This document shows positions 37,701 to 46,163 of a DNA stretch of 57,398 nucleotides, one piece after another (positions within the stretch are counted from its first letter, which is position 1; every line of letters begins with the position of its first letter). A model generated the notes under the pieces. It was not told the origin of the DNA. It was given only the letters and a program-made list of their open reading frames with translations, and made no database searches. The position numbers and the translations under genes are program-made. The DNA lies in IMG/VR virus record IMGVR_UViG_3300048611_000204, positions 1-57,398 of that record; one strand, 5' to 3'. This stretch comes from a virus. Lineage: Duplodnaviria > Caudoviricetes.

Positions 37701-37929
37701 CAGCGACAACATTTTTACCGGCAGATTTGATCAGCTTGCCCGCCAGGCCAAACGTCGGGACGTTGGTCACTCCGATAGCCGAGTCGGCAAGAGCGATTCC
37801 GCCTGTGGCCAGATCGATTCCGGCGTCTTTCGCCCTGTCCCAAGCACTTGCCTCCGGAATCGGAGTCAGGGTTCTGGAGTTGTTGAGAATGTGGTCAATC
37901 AGCTTCTTGTCGCGCGGCAGGTTCGCCAT
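28771..37929 (-). CDS. giant internal virion / DNA-ejection polyvalent protein
   Basis: 3052 aa at the end of the virion block; Gly/Ala-rich N-terminus; SLOG-like segment; HELFH...E zincin motif. Confidence 0.8.
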   Translation of the reverse strand: MANLPRDKKLIDHILNNSRTLTPIPEASAWDRAKDAGIDLATGGIALADSAIGVTNVPTFGLAGKLIKSAGKNVVAALGEQIWGPLTPESKAEFMQEKSSDILARGYSPERQKEQAEVSRAFDESFVGGLGSVVENPSTAVGAFIQSAPSIVATGGGGKLLSGATKLSRPIASAISEGILAMGSAAEGIRGETEDGTITGKQLLLSGATGALTMGASALSGKIANKLGFADVDVWGSGKTSEATRKSYLKQALGGIVTEGFLEELPQSAQETILQNIALGKEWNEGVKEAAGMGLIVGAGMGGGVNLKQTLSNNLQVAKQQRLKELTGQAEVGQQAAVGETLAPASLDAGATPTMEQQQNAQQTQAQAQAAGEAMDEQIAAAKIQEAVSAPSSVTRAAAELGVEDHGVFMQAVYDIHGKVKTAAQFTSALVQQFGQNVKKYALQMWNQMKGILLNERGEWVLRKNNNEVQDLETADDPALAEALDTIQEGTAGEAQPIIRKGQGAQQQLKSLLEQIRTEDDEAKRLSLQEQYVSLTQDIDPNLDAFRSTAVSPNEVLSIEEQTIAQEAQKNAGDPVNQFSSKQVEEDNLLDRTQPVVNHSGGALGSDSYWGDAGVAYGINSKHYHAEGQKTPKGNTPIKKELLKKADVLIQKANLALKRRFPTSNDYVNNLLRRNAWQVYNSDGVFAVGEIEKGAKTVKGGTGWAVQMAIDSGRPVYVFDQQRDSWFKYDGKHFKSTGTPTLTNNFAGIGTRQLSAKGKKAIDEVYQKTFAAKKEATDLPTLDQALEDGYTAIMGKGDTVSSSPKLGKDEFDLIESVAPGTMSDAQQQKILQNNFIEGFNQETGSNYKLANPDIDHQMFDETDYDETYAEDGVERTGDGARKDSSGMRSVDADYDVKSGMFIDETSGRVNAIKTIRSAFDDQAFKKTLSRKLAANDTSPVDEANLDPLTREEKQQVRDTVQKSNEVSLRKIASALFKSRLEGKNKDARPVGKRIADIKAGNYATPAEMMVFELYALAEQHGASLKDVARFIAREERLVTSKMPSDDEAFKSLSKMTESKMNALETLFSHFENAYLSEVEDFSQESSAEQAAKVLQRGASTPAEQDLAANAPEVVKLLTRFKKDNPGQARVNKKALSILLTRPKRITDIIQNNRNASDEVIRQKIKEEIDAEITPKLLDAIIDEEVFYPLENKNVAVDEDYDPVSDPDYEERVLRPPEVKKVAGTGRKDKTESWTKEQILNRTKSGRDIAQKRAEGAEAERRQQAQNEASYRAFVEKRSAKDNDIRLGMENIPSILRVLNDLSFLGKNMSSRVLDVDEIAHRMSFVRNGATDEFRALPQAKQKALISETLIALYPVNTHYLTEDIRPYDIDNIDIRSEEPGVTEVDNVSARTGTRRNYAALVRVTYPTGRLWQDRGKQKILYSTTDPVTKKQLLRSELVAVDKAAERLAQLKADPFVINTKQNHPTMKKEYESFYTSPRLAEMENGEVAGLRKKHGPALQVLDVGKLDMIEGFDRQENSLEMLQAAGRAGAIEQVANQRGEDFKQYRRRLWKLHTNAFDKRIPAKDRKFIKDELNSELLKISTALSLAHYRQKNAVSAKTFEDLAEKYQGSGWTSADMYVAYVQNGSDLGRLVSTIARRIEAVERAAHQEKYRKALDGDVRGLVVHELSDHEKGLYQKIYPTNPKAADRRQAGENYARLDGMQKIRFRALRELEMLMSGRGTQAAIDEERSFATVKDEAGLKPASADLFERNDNPQGFEAELEVEAVGRIRNKVARGFYELVSKAFDADLVIVSDPYYRTRYIGEASDGRAKIVINTNKELSVHRVFSHELFHHVVNKAKPAEHKAFTAGIKELVSGSRWEDHIERIATEEGLSYERAEEELQAELFAKVMGQVPFYEHLAKDFAGTKIAGDLATRLLENIVKLDGISKMPMAFTNYENKSLIGSTDMLAAYELVSDMIGGREFVNQGRVGGALNSTERQHKDVRYQISLGLRSYNEVKQTLATPGKWLQGIWKKIFPKGTSNHRDVMSSIERILLSTLDWLKHQMPQGIFADFLGDPVAVKISNKAVFLGNLEATQAYYRVLQKHEAAFEEMSNTRLEEMHDLFVRGIEMTENKAVTARMEQAQKDLQNRKINQKTYTEAILKLAEQQYVKTPVEPIDVRSEAGRQRAKDYGYSDAVISAYADYQKLAASIYAELKKIDPELPQLATHYGQSLRWRKSGIALDEDISDVLLSETSRLQGSKHFTKEKAMDRTTAEIREQEGLAYDHINPNKVIEQYIKDAYKLIALTQMKDEAIEAGQAKIFTDHFEATKAGYEWVDDAAFEIKEGIKEKSQDKTGYAVNEVTEDGEFSEIEVYITREKAEEHMRRLEQQNPEAQYLVNPATAASEKQETIARVYFKKDLARMTRVVIAKDGFRNGKLLGVSGAQALKIKNHSTAIEFAMSLFHAFTIGQELTASTSSWTMQKKKGLAKLSGYNPVTALNDSRDIAALVKKLMENPELAGDEAFAAKADKLFGTSNADVLDIIRQFYLVGGDLHQDISLRSSTHALGKMKYSKGEAQFEMKDGELNISQPKANLSAMVGSVKDVHRTLINNNPDQPVAAMFKTMAFASLQGTTAWLMEETIPKVKLGVWIREYTQRLERQKDQIAAGQVSKEEIAHNTMKFVEDRFGEVNWTNQWMLPSYKSALQFLFRSFTWFTGSWKSLAKAGVDVGKLGWFAVKDLGAKDSEKVNYQLTEKGWWGVNAVIAHFMAAGMISLAYNIGVGLGGGGEVPDDEDVPLLTKMLFPRVDANDPQARISIPSYVTEAYKIFHHLGILGTHMEPTKMVSGRVNSIVGNAFEAFSGENFRGVTIRDSNDNVGKQAFDSLTHIFSIAPISMSSAYGDWRSKGFNPKLTTYSLLGLTSAPAVAKRSAAANKAFETRRKEFKGRATSEDEMTVRDKVKRAAYAYGQGDKAELNRMLRDGELSKRKYDNAIARLPRIGDKKNPRYKSPLVSAMTGLTLQGAIDTWQYATDSEKKVLRPLMFKKYSNMMSRRDKSSDEKQAFRIKMKELGILR

Positions 37930-37946
37930 AGTCAGGCTCCAATCTG

Positions 37947-39089
37947 TTACAGACCGATGTTCAGCTCAGGCAGCGGGGCCAGTTGATACTGGGCAGGAAC
38001 CGATTCGCTAGCGCCGATCCCGAGGAAGCCGCTGTTCGCCGGCACCTCGTCGGCGACCTTCTCGCGAATCGCGTTCATGTACCAGGCGTGAGCGTTGGCC
38101 CTGGCCGCTTCTGGATCGATGGCGTTTTCCGCTTCGGCCAGCATCTTCGAGTATTGCACGCGGATCGCTGCCTGGTATTTCATGGTCAGCCCTTGTTCCT
38201 TGCTCGGAGTCGACTCGGCGGTCGCCACATATTGCTGGCCGAGGGCTCTCTGCATGTCAGCCGTGGCGGGGATCGCCGTATCGATCTGGGCCTGGGCCAG
38301 GGCCGCCCGGGAATCAGCATCAAGTTTTCCCGTCTGGTTAGCCTGGTCAATCGCGTCAAGCTCCCGCTCCTTCTTCGACCTGGTTCGCTTCAGGGCAGCA
38401 GCTTCTGCTTCGGCCGGGTCCATACCCTGGGCCAGGTTGTCCTGATAGGCGGCCGCCAGCCGGGAGTTCTTATTGTAGTTCCTGTCCAGACTGCCGCTTT
38501 GGTCGGCGGCCAGTTTCTCGCGGACGAAGCGGGGCAGATAAGTGCCGGTCGGTTGGATATTCTGACGCTGCAGAAGTCTTTGCATGGCCTGGTCCTGTAC
38601 CGCCTGCCAGTCGGCGGAGCGCTGCGGCTTGGTGATCTGGCTCGGCAGGGGGGTGTCCGTCGATTGCAGCTGTGGCCTTTGCGTTTGGTCCTGCGAGTGG
38701 CTGCTCATCATTTGCAGCTGCCCCGAGAGCGCCGGGGCTGGTTTCGGCAGCCCTCGGAAGGTATCGGCAAACCGGCCGGGGATGGCGGTAGCCCGCTGGC
38801 CGATGTCGGAAAGCTCGGCGATCTTTCTGTTGGAGAAAGGCTTCATGCCGGCGGCCGCAGAGGAAACCGAGCGGTTCCAGCGATCCATGACCGCGTTCGT
38901 CTTGCCCGCTCCGCTCTTGATCGCGTCGTTCACGTTCGGGCCGAGGTTGTTGAGCGCGTTGTTGGTTCTGGTTCTCAACCTCGGGGCGGGGAGCCCGAGG
39001 GGGTTGACCTTTTGACTTGCGGCGGGGAAAAGCTTTTTCTTCTGATCGGGGGGCGTCCAGTCCATAATTCTTATCTCCTTTGTCTTCAA
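37947..39089 (-). CDS. putative internal virion protein
   Basis: Gln/Ala-rich; upstream of giant gene; likely start at MDWTPP after AAGGAG. Confidence 0.65.
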   Translation of the reverse strand: MKTKEIRIMDWTPPDQKKKLFPAASQKVNPLGLPAPRLRTRTNNALNNLGPNVNDAIKSGAGKTNAVMDRWNRSVSSAAAGMKPFSNRKIAELSDIGQRATAIPGRFADTFRGLPKPAPALSGQLQMMSSHSQDQTQRPQLQSTDTPLPSQITKPQRSADWQAVQDQAMQRLLQRQNIQPTGTYLPRFVREKLAADQSGSLDRNYNKNSRLAAAYQDNLAQGMDPAEAEAAALKRTRSKKERELDAIDQANQTGKLDADSRAALAQAQIDTAIPATADMQRALGQQYVATAESTPSKEQGLTMKYQAAIRVQYSKMLAEAENAIDPEAARANAHAWYMNAIREKVADEVPANSGFLGIGASESVPAQYQLAPLPELNIGL

Positions 39090-39132
39090 ATATTTGCCAG
39101 TGTATTCGCTAACCTATCGATAAGTCTAGCGA

Positions 39133-41121
39133 TTAAGCAACGGGCGCTTCTTCGCCGAGAATCTGCGAAATGGTGTTGATCTGGGAGAGAGAAGCGGACG
39201 CCATTTCAGCGGCAGCTTGCGCCCCGGTCGCCGCCCCACTAATCGCCGCTTTGATCTGCTCGGAAAGCAGGCGGCCCTGTTCCCGGAAGGTTTCGTTGGC
39301 TTCGGCCTGGTTGAATTTATAGGCTTCCTGGTCGAGCCGCGCGACTTCGATATTCGAGAAGACCTGCGCCTTGGAGCGCTCGACTTCGGAGCGATAGGCG
39401 TCGTTCTTGGCCAGAAAAACCTTCACGTTGCCGTCGATCTGGGCAACCTGTTTGGAAATATCCGCCCGCTGCAGTTCGATCAGACTGCGCAGTTGAACCA
39501 GTTTCGCCTCGTCGGCGCCGATCTGCGCCTGAATCCGGATTTTGTCCCCTTCCAGCCTCGCTACCTTCGCTTCGTTCTCGGCGCGGAACGCGGTCACCTG
39601 GGAGTTGAAGACATCGAGCTTGGCCTTCTCCCCGTCGATCTCGGCCCGGTAGGCGCCGTACTCCGATTCCTTGGCCTGGATCTCGGTGGCGTAGGCGCTG
39701 ACCTCGGCCTTGAACAGCTCCAGCTTGGTCACTTCGATGGAAGCTTCGATCTGCGAGGCTTCCAGCTGCAGTCGGTAGAACTGGGCGATGGTGTTGACCG
39801 CGTTGACCTGGGCTGTGTAGTTCTGGATCTCGGTCGACTGGATATCCGCCTCGATCTTCTTGCCCTGAATCCTCAAATTGTCGATATCGGCCACGCGGGC
39901 GGCCGCGTCAACCTGGGCCTTGTAGTTATCGACCGTGATCGACTGGATGTCTGCCTCGGTCTTGACCCCTTCCATCTGTGCCCGATATTGCTCGATCGAC
40001 AGACCGGCGGCGCGGATCAGCAGCTCGTGAACATTCGCCGAAGAAGTATAGGCTTCCAGGCGCGCCCGGTAGTCGAGGACCTTGGCATTGAAGACCTCTA
40101 TGGCGATCTGCACCGAAGCCTTGGCGAACTCCAGCGCCCGGTTCGCCACGCTGTTGAAGTGCTGCAGGAACATGGCTTCGCGCTGAATGGTCTTGTCGAT
40201 GGCGAAGTGGGTGTTGGTCTGCGCCAGTCGCGCCTGCTCGATGAAGATGTCGCGGCTGAGGTCGTCGATGCGGTTCTGCAGGTCGGCCCGGATTGCGTCC
40301 TGCTTGGCGCGCAGCGCTCCGCCCGGCCGGTGGAAGCCGGATGAGGCGAATACGTCGGCGGCTTTTTCGAGATTGTTTCTCGCCGTGTCGACTTCGCGAC
40401 TGACCGCCGCGTCGATCAGGGCCGCTTCCACCGCCGCGCCGAGCCCGGTCCCGCCGTTCTCTATCTGGCTGGTCAGCCAGGCGGCCGCCAGGTCGTCGAG
40501 CACCGACTGATAAGTCTCTTCGTTGTAGACCAGCTGACCGATGATCGGGGCCTCAAGGGTGCCGGGTAAATTCTGGTCGAAAGGTTCGACGGTCGGGAAC
40601 TCGGGGAGAGGAGGGATCTCGATATCGGAAATGGTGACCGCAGGTGGAAGGGTGATGTTGGTCAGTTCAGGGATATCGATCTTACCCAGAACCGGAGCGT
40701 CCGGCATATTGTAATCGGGCTGGCCGGGGAGCTTCGGCAGGCTGATTTCGGGTTTGGCCGGCTTCGTATAGTTGAAGGCATTCGGCCTGGCCGGCATTGA
40801 AAGCGACGGGGCGGCAAGGTCGAACTCCTTGAAACCCGGGTCGATCGGTCCAGCGATAGTCGCAAGCGTCAGCTCCGGCAGATCGACGAAGCTGGTGATG
40901 TCCGGCACATCCTGCAAATCTTCCGGCTTCCCGCTGGCGTCGATGTCGGCGTTGACGTGCGGCGCGTTGACGTAGGCGTAGCCCAGCCTGCTGTTGTTGG
41001 TATTCAGGCTTGAGATTGCGCTTTTCAGGGTGGTCTGCATGTCATAGGCAGCCTGCAGTGCTGCGGTGGCGTTGGTCTGGGCGGTTACTATCTGGTCCTG
41101 GATGTCGTCTACGAGAGCCAT
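39133..41121 (-). CDS. putative virion protein (Pro-rich plus coiled coil)
   Basis: 662 aa; AGGAG RBS; position in structural block. Confidence 0.7.
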   Translation of the reverse strand: MALVDDIQDQIVTAQTNATAALQAAYDMQTTLKSAISSLNTNNSRLGYAYVNAPHVNADIDASGKPEDLQDVPDITSFVDLPELTLATIAGPIDPGFKEFDLAAPSLSMPARPNAFNYTKPAKPEISLPKLPGQPDYNMPDAPVLGKIDIPELTNITLPPAVTISDIEIPPLPEFPTVEPFDQNLPGTLEAPIIGQLVYNEETYQSVLDDLAAAWLTSQIENGGTGLGAAVEAALIDAAVSREVDTARNNLEKAADVFASSGFHRPGGALRAKQDAIRADLQNRIDDLSRDIFIEQARLAQTNTHFAIDKTIQREAMFLQHFNSVANRALEFAKASVQIAIEVFNAKVLDYRARLEAYTSSANVHELLIRAAGLSIEQYRAQMEGVKTEADIQSITVDNYKAQVDAAARVADIDNLRIQGKKIEADIQSTEIQNYTAQVNAVNTIAQFYRLQLEASQIEASIEVTKLELFKAEVSAYATEIQAKESEYGAYRAEIDGEKAKLDVFNSQVTAFRAENEAKVARLEGDKIRIQAQIGADEAKLVQLRSLIELQRADISKQVAQIDGNVKVFLAKNDAYRSEVERSKAQVFSNIEVARLDQEAYKFNQAEANETFREQGRLLSEQIKAAISGAATGAQAAAEMASASLSQINTISQILGEEAPVA

Positions 41122-41130
41122 CTGTGTCTC

Positions 41131-42972
41131 CTATCGGCGTTTCAAGAGAATAGGTATCAGTTCAAGGCCGCTGACTTCGAAATCAGCGCCGTCCACGTTC
41201 TTCAGGCCTACTTGCCAGTAGTTCGACTTGACCCCCTTTTGCAGCTTGACCCGTTCGTTGTTGAGCCGGCCGTTGCCGATCGAAGCCAGTAGCCAGCGTT
41301 CCTTGTTGTCGTCGGTGACCGTCTTGATCAGCAGCTGGCCGTCGCTGCGCATGGCGAGATAGGCCTGGATCAGGGTTGACTTCTGGGCGTGGCCGAAGTT
41401 GGTGCTGCCGAGCGTCACCGACGCCTCGATGTTCGCGCCGTCGTCGTCGTTGCCTTCGAGCAGGTAAAGCCCGTTCTGGTTGGCGCCGTAGTAGCTGCCG
41501 CCGATCCGGGCGAAGGAGTTGAAGGGGAAGCTCTGGTATTGGGAGACCCCGAAGCCGTCGACGTTCATCACCCAGCCGGTGTAGCTTTCGCCGTCAAGAC
41601 CGAAGGAGAGGGTGAAACCGATCCCATCGTTGAGCATGTCCTGCAGGATCGCCGAGGAGAGGAAAGTTCCTTCCAGGTTAACTCCTTCTGTAATCGGGAA
41701 GGAGAGCGAAAGGTTCATCTGCGCGGCGCCGGCCAGGATCATCTGCTCCAGTTGCACCGCGTTGGCCAGTAAGGTGTTGGCCTGGGCTTCGGTAAGGCTG
41801 AAGTCTTCGACCACCTCCGCCCCCTTGCCGGACTCAAGATCCTCAAGGAGAGTCAAGCTGACCGAGACGGCAGAAACCGCCTGCAACAACGAAGCGCTGG
41901 CTCCGCTGGCCTGCAGCTTCTCAATAACCCGCACAGCGTGTTCGAACTTGCCAATGCTGGTGTCGGTATGCGTGACTGTCTCTTCGACCAGTAGAAGCCA
42001 ACCTGCGACGAGCAGGGCCTTGGAAGAGACGGTTTCATTGACAATCGCGTTGAAGGTCGACCCGCTCGGATCGAGAACAGCGGAAACGGCAAGGATCTCC
42101 TTTACCGCGACCGCCTCCTGAACTGAAAGCAAGCCGCTGACGCTCAGCGACTCTATCACTTCCGCGAGCTTGTTAAGCTTCGCCGCCGCCGTCGTCGTGG
42201 AGGTGAATACTTCGATCAAACTATCCCGGTATCCGGCCAGAGCAATCGCGCTGAGCAGAAGATCAAAACTTTCTGTCGCCGTGTGGTTGAAGGCTCCATT
42301 GACATCAGTCCCGAAGTCGTAATTACCGACGGTATCGACCACGTTCACATACTGCAGTTCTCCGCCTTCCGTGACGGTGACCCCGTCGTCATGCACCCAT
42401 CCGTAGCCGGGCTGAAGCTCCATGGATTCGCTTGTCGTATGCTGATGCGTCCCGGTCACCCCTCCCGACAAGATCATCCCGAAAGCTTCAGACACGACTA
42501 CTTCCTTTTCCAAGGTAGCGACATCGCCGACGATCACCGTGGCGTTGGTTCCGAGAATGACATAGGTCCCGTCGTCGTAGGAAATGCTCAGGAGGTCTTC
42601 AAGCGTGCCTGACGACTTGGCCTCCCAGGTTGCGCCGAGGTCATCGGAGGTCATGATCACCCCCGACGCGCCGACCGCGATGAACACCCCCGCCCAGACA
42701 ACCCCATAGAGGGCGCCTCCGTAGGGTGACCCATTCGCTTCACTCCAATCGATGCCGTCAACCGACTTGAGGATGATCCCCGTCGCGCCGACGGCGACCC
42801 AGGTTGTTACACCATAGGCGTAGCCCCACGCGACGCAGTAAAGATTCTCCGTGGTTCCGGATGCGTGCTGCTCCCAGGTTGCTCCGCCGTCGATCGAGCG
42901 GAGGATCAGGCCGTTGTTGCCTACCGCGATGGTAACCCCGTCCATGCTCGCTTCCGCGCTGTAAAGACTCAT
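41131..42972 (-). CDS. tail-associated protein with BNR/beta-propeller N-terminus
   Basis: AVG..G.I..S.DG..W repeats. Confidence 0.7.
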   Translation of the reverse strand: MSLYSAEASMDGVTIAVGNNGLILRSIDGGATWEQHASGTTENLYCVAWGYAYGVTTWVAVGATGIILKSVDGIDWSEANGSPYGGALYGVVWAGVFIAVGASGVIMTSDDLGATWEAKSSGTLEDLLSISYDDGTYVILGTNATVIVGDVATLEKEVVVSEAFGMILSGGVTGTHQHTTSESMELQPGYGWVHDDGVTVTEGGELQYVNVVDTVGNYDFGTDVNGAFNHTATESFDLLLSAIALAGYRDSLIEVFTSTTTAAAKLNKLAEVIESLSVSGLLSVQEAVAVKEILAVSAVLDPSGSTFNAIVNETVSSKALLVAGWLLLVEETVTHTDTSIGKFEHAVRVIEKLQASGASASLLQAVSAVSVSLTLLEDLESGKGAEVVEDFSLTEAQANTLLANAVQLEQMILAGAAQMNLSLSFPITEGVNLEGTFLSSAILQDMLNDGIGFTLSFGLDGESYTGWVMNVDGFGVSQYQSFPFNSFARIGGSYYGANQNGLYLLEGNDDDGANIEASVTLGSTNFGHAQKSTLIQAYLAMRSDGQLLIKTVTDDNKERWLLASIGNGRLNNERVKLQKGVKSNYWQVGLKNVDGADFEVSGLELIPILLKRR

Positions 42973-44495
42973 TTGTCCTCCCCGCGGGTCCAGGCGCTGC
43001 CCGTCCGCACTCTTCGCTCGTCGTTTTTCCCGACAGCGATGAAGCTCTGATAGTAGTGGTTGAATGCAACGTCAAGCATCGCGTCCGATACTTCGGCAGT
43101 CTCAGCAGCCCACGTAAGCCCGTCGCTGCTGGTCAGGACAACACCGGCGTCTCCGACTGCCAGGTAGAGGCCCCCGCCGTAGACGACGCCGCGTAGTGTC
43201 GCCTCCGTGACCTGGTCAGCGGTCTGCCACGTCGCGCCCTTGTCATCGGAGACGGCGATCCCGCCGTTTCGTCCGACGAGGACAATGCGTCCGTTCCGGC
43301 CGACGCACGACGCCAGATAGGGGCTTTCAAGGTCACTCGCGGCAATCGCGGCGGGGTCCGAGTCATCGTTGGCGACAGTCTCGTCGTACGGCTGGTTCAG
43401 TGGGATTTCCGGCGTTCCTTCGTCGTTGTCCGTCGCTTCGACGGTGTAGAAAACTCGAAGGGCAATAGAATCTACACGAAGAATCCCGCTGCCGTTGTCG
43501 GGTGTAAAAGAAACCTTGAAGTCATTCGACAACAGTTCTTCTCTTGACCATGGTCCTCCGCTCCACAGATCGGCTGACCCCCCGAAGCTCGACTCCATCA
43601 GTTGGGGGAGATACGTGTCGTAGTGGGTGGGCGACTCGAAGGAGACCTCTTCCAATCCTCCGGCGGGAAGCGTGAACACCTGGATTCTGTTGTTGTCCTG
43701 GTCGGTCGCATAGAGCTGGTCGGCGTCGGAATGTAGCTGGCGAACAGCCCAAAATTGGCCGTCGCCGCTGCCGGCGGTCCCCTGGGAGTGAATCAGCGTC
43801 TTGGCGCTATTGTAGACCCTGAGCTTTGGCACCGTTTCGTTGAGGACGTAAAAGTTCCCGTTCCGGATGGTAACCCCGCCAGCGACACCGCCATAGAGGT
43901 TGAAGTCAAATCCATCCGCCCATGAATCGAGGATATTCCCATTCAGGTCCATCTCAACAACATTATTGTTTACTGTAACTCCGAAGATACTGCCGTCGAT
44001 GTAGACCAGTGATCCGGGTGCGTCACCCGAGGCAAAGGTATATTTGATTATCGGCTCACCACCGTCGATGTCAAACTTGTAGATCCCGGTTGTCATATGA
44101 TCTGCGACAAACAAGTATCCGCCCGCCTCTACGATACCTCCGTTTGCCTTGTAACCCGTTGGCAGAGAAAACGACACCCCAGCAAGCTGACTCATGTCAC
44201 TTTTCAGGCGGACTTCAATGTTATTTGCTCCGCCGGAGTCGTCGGATATGTAGAGCCGGTCGAGCGTCTTCGAGACATGCACCGACTGCGGATAGTAGCC
44301 AACACCCGATTGTGTCGTCACCAACGTCCCGTCCTTGAGATATTTCGACACTGACCCAAAGCTGCCAGAGTCGATGATGTACAGGTGTGTGTCGTCGATA
44401 TCCTGGCCCCACGCATACGATTTGGAGACAGCAAAGGCGAAAACCGGATCACCTGATGCCTGCCGCTTTATGACGAGTTTCGCCGCGTCGCTCAT
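42969..44495 (-). CDS. tail-associated NHL/BNR beta-propeller protein
   Basis: GSGDGQF...LYATD..NNRIQVF and S.D.G.TW repeats. Confidence 0.7.
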   Translation of the reverse strand: MSDAAKLVIKRQASGDPVFAFAVSKSYAWGQDIDDTHLYIIDSGSFGSVSKYLKDGTLVTTQSGVGYYPQSVHVSKTLDRLYISDDSGGANNIEVRLKSDMSQLAGVSFSLPTGYKANGGIVEAGGYLFVADHMTTGIYKFDIDGGEPIIKYTFASGDAPGSLVYIDGSIFGVTVNNNVVEMDLNGNILDSWADGFDFNLYGGVAGGVTIRNGNFYVLNETVPKLRVYNSAKTLIHSQGTAGSGDGQFWAVRQLHSDADQLYATDQDNNRIQVFTLPAGGLEEVSFESPTHYDTYLPQLMESSFGGSADLWSGGPWSREELLSNDFKVSFTPDNGSGILRVDSIALRVFYTVEATDNDEGTPEIPLNQPYDETVANDDSDPAAIAASDLESPYLASCVGRNGRIVLVGRNGGIAVSDDKGATWQTADQVTEATLRGVVYGGGLYLAVGDAGVVLTSSDGLTWAAETAEVSDAMLDVAFNHYYQSFIAVGKNDERRVRTGSAWTRGEDK

Positions 44496-45001
44496 TACAG
44501 CAGACTCCTTTCAACCGTGACCTGAATTCCGACCACCGTAGCTCCTTCCGGTATGTTGAGCGGAAACTGCGAGACGAGAATTTCAGTCGCGGGACCGCTT
44601 CCTCCGGTGATGCAGGTTGCGACACTGCCATCTTCCGCGCGAACCTGGTGCAGGCCGTTCCAGCTTCCGTCGCCTGCCGTGCCTTCCTCGACTTTGTTGG
44701 GGTAGAGCTTCCCAGTCGTAAAGCCAACCCCGTTGACCGGATTCGGCAACGCCCCCGCCGGCGGGTCGGGGACAGCAGGGATGATCTCCGAATTGATCTG
44801 CGTGGGCTTCGGGCTGTAGATTCTTTTTACCGGCGTGGCAAGGGGCTCCTGCGTTACGGGGTCCGTATCCAGATCACCGGTAGCAGGCGCGTCGACAAAA
44901 AACCCGTCGTTCTTACCGGGGCCGGTAATGGGCAACCCGGGGTTTTGCAGGCTCCATCGCTCGGCAAAGCGCAGGCTGGATATTTCTTCGAAACTCGACA
45001 T
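44495..45001 (-). CDS. hypothetical structural protein
   Basis: AAGGAG RBS; packed in operon. Confidence 0.65.
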   Translation of the reverse strand: MSSFEEISSLRFAERWSLQNPGLPITGPGKNDGFFVDAPATGDLDTDPVTQEPLATPVKRIYSPKPTQINSEIIPAVPDPPAGALPNPVNGVGFTTGKLYPNKVEEGTAGDGSWNGLHQVRAEDGSVATCITGGSGPATEILVSQFPLNIPEGATVVGIQVTVERSLL

Positions 45002-45004
45002 CTG

Positions 45005-46090
45005 TTACTCCTTTATCGCCAGGCCGAAGGGCTGGTTGTATTGGGTTAAACTATCTCCGTAGCCGACGTGCTTCGAGATCGGACTGCCGGCGTGGGTAAA
45101 GCGGGTTATGCTGTCCCGGAAGCGAAACTCTTCGGCTGGAGCCCCACTGTTTACGTCAGAGACGTAGACGCCGGTTCCGTCCACGGCGATTCCCCTCGCC
45201 CCGCCCCCGTAATATTCAAACTCGCCGACTCCGGCCGGGTCGCCGTTGCTCGGACCCTGTGTGCCGAATGATCGCGTCAACGCGCCCCCCTCGGTGGGGA
45301 AGACATGGATGTAATTGCCGGAGGGCGTGGCACCGCCGTCGGGGTCTGTAATGTACAGCTCGCCACGGTAAACCGCCATCCCCCCACAGAGAGATACGCC
45401 CGAATAGCTCCAGAGCAGATCCTGGCTGTCCAGATCGTAGACGTTGATATCGGGGCCGCTGTCCCATGCGCCGACGCTGACGTAGAGCCGGTTCTTGAAA
45501 AGGGCGACCGCACCAATGGCATAGTCGGCAATCTGCGTGAACGAAGTTACCAGGTTGAAGTCGGTGTCGTAAACCAGGACGGTGTCGTTGCTCGGGTTCG
45601 ACCCGCCGACATTGGCGACTACCGCGATCAGGCCGTCAGCGGCGGCGATATGATAGACCGGGTGATTGGCGACGATGACCCGAAGCTGAAATTCGCCTGT
45701 AAGCGAATAAATATCGACCGCCCCGAGGCTGGTATTTGTCGCGTAGATCTTTTGCCCCATGGCAGCGATATCGAAGGCAAGGCCATCGAACTGCCCTTCG
45801 CCTGTTCCGTACTCGCTATAGACTTTTGCTTTGCCGCCAAGCGGAATAGTGGCAACCTGCTTGATGCGGCTGTTCGATGAATCAGCTACCCAAAGCATCC
45901 CACCTTGGGCATGGATCTTAATAATCTTTTCGTATCTGGTGATCATAACGGTGATCGAGACGCCGTTCGGGAGATTCCGAGTCAGGGTTCTGACCTTAAT
46001 TCGCTCCGCCTGCTTCAGATAATTCTGGGCGAGGGGAAGGTATCTGGCGGCTTTGCCGGTGTCTCCTGTCAATATCTTCCGTGTAATCAT
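45005..46090 (-). CDS. NHL-repeat beta-propeller protein
   Basis: WVADS.N.RI, GTGEGQF, GIAVD...VYVSD. Confidence 0.75.
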   Translation of the reverse strand: MITRKILTGDTGKAARYLPLAQNYLKQAERIKVRTLTRNLPNGVSITVMITRYEKIIKIHAQGGMLWVADSSNSRIKQVATIPLGGKAKVYSEYGTGEGQFDGLAFDIAAMGQKIYATNTSLGAVDIYSLTGEFQLRVIVANHPVYHIAAADGLIAVVANVGGSNPSNDTVLVYDTDFNLVTSFTQIADYAIGAVALFKNRLYVSVGAWDSGPDINVYDLDSQDLLWSYSGVSLCGGMAVYRGELYITDPDGGATPSGNYIHVFPTEGGALTRSFGTQGPSNGDPAGVGEFEYYGGGARGIAVDGTGVYVSDVNSGAPAEEFRFRDSITRFTHAGSPISKHVGYGDSLTQYNQPFGLAIKE

Positions 46091-46104
46091 CGTTGGCCCT
46101 AAAT

Positions 46105-46144
46105 AAAAGGCCCACCCCCGACAGAGATCAGAGGCGGGCCTTTT
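46105..46144 (-). terminator. intrinsic terminator candidate
   Basis: AAAAGGCCC...GGGCCTTTT inverted repeat. Confidence 0.6.
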
Positions 46145-46163
46145 CTCGCTTTAACAAACCAGC

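Noticed and set aside
28771-37929. Virion RNA polymerase
   Set aside because: No recognisable DxDGD or T7-type polymerase motifs
28732-40344. Long + strand ORFs (e.g. 32902-34584, 35164-37185, 37983-39179)
   Set aside because: Antisense shadows of GC-rich - strand virion genes, with no motifs
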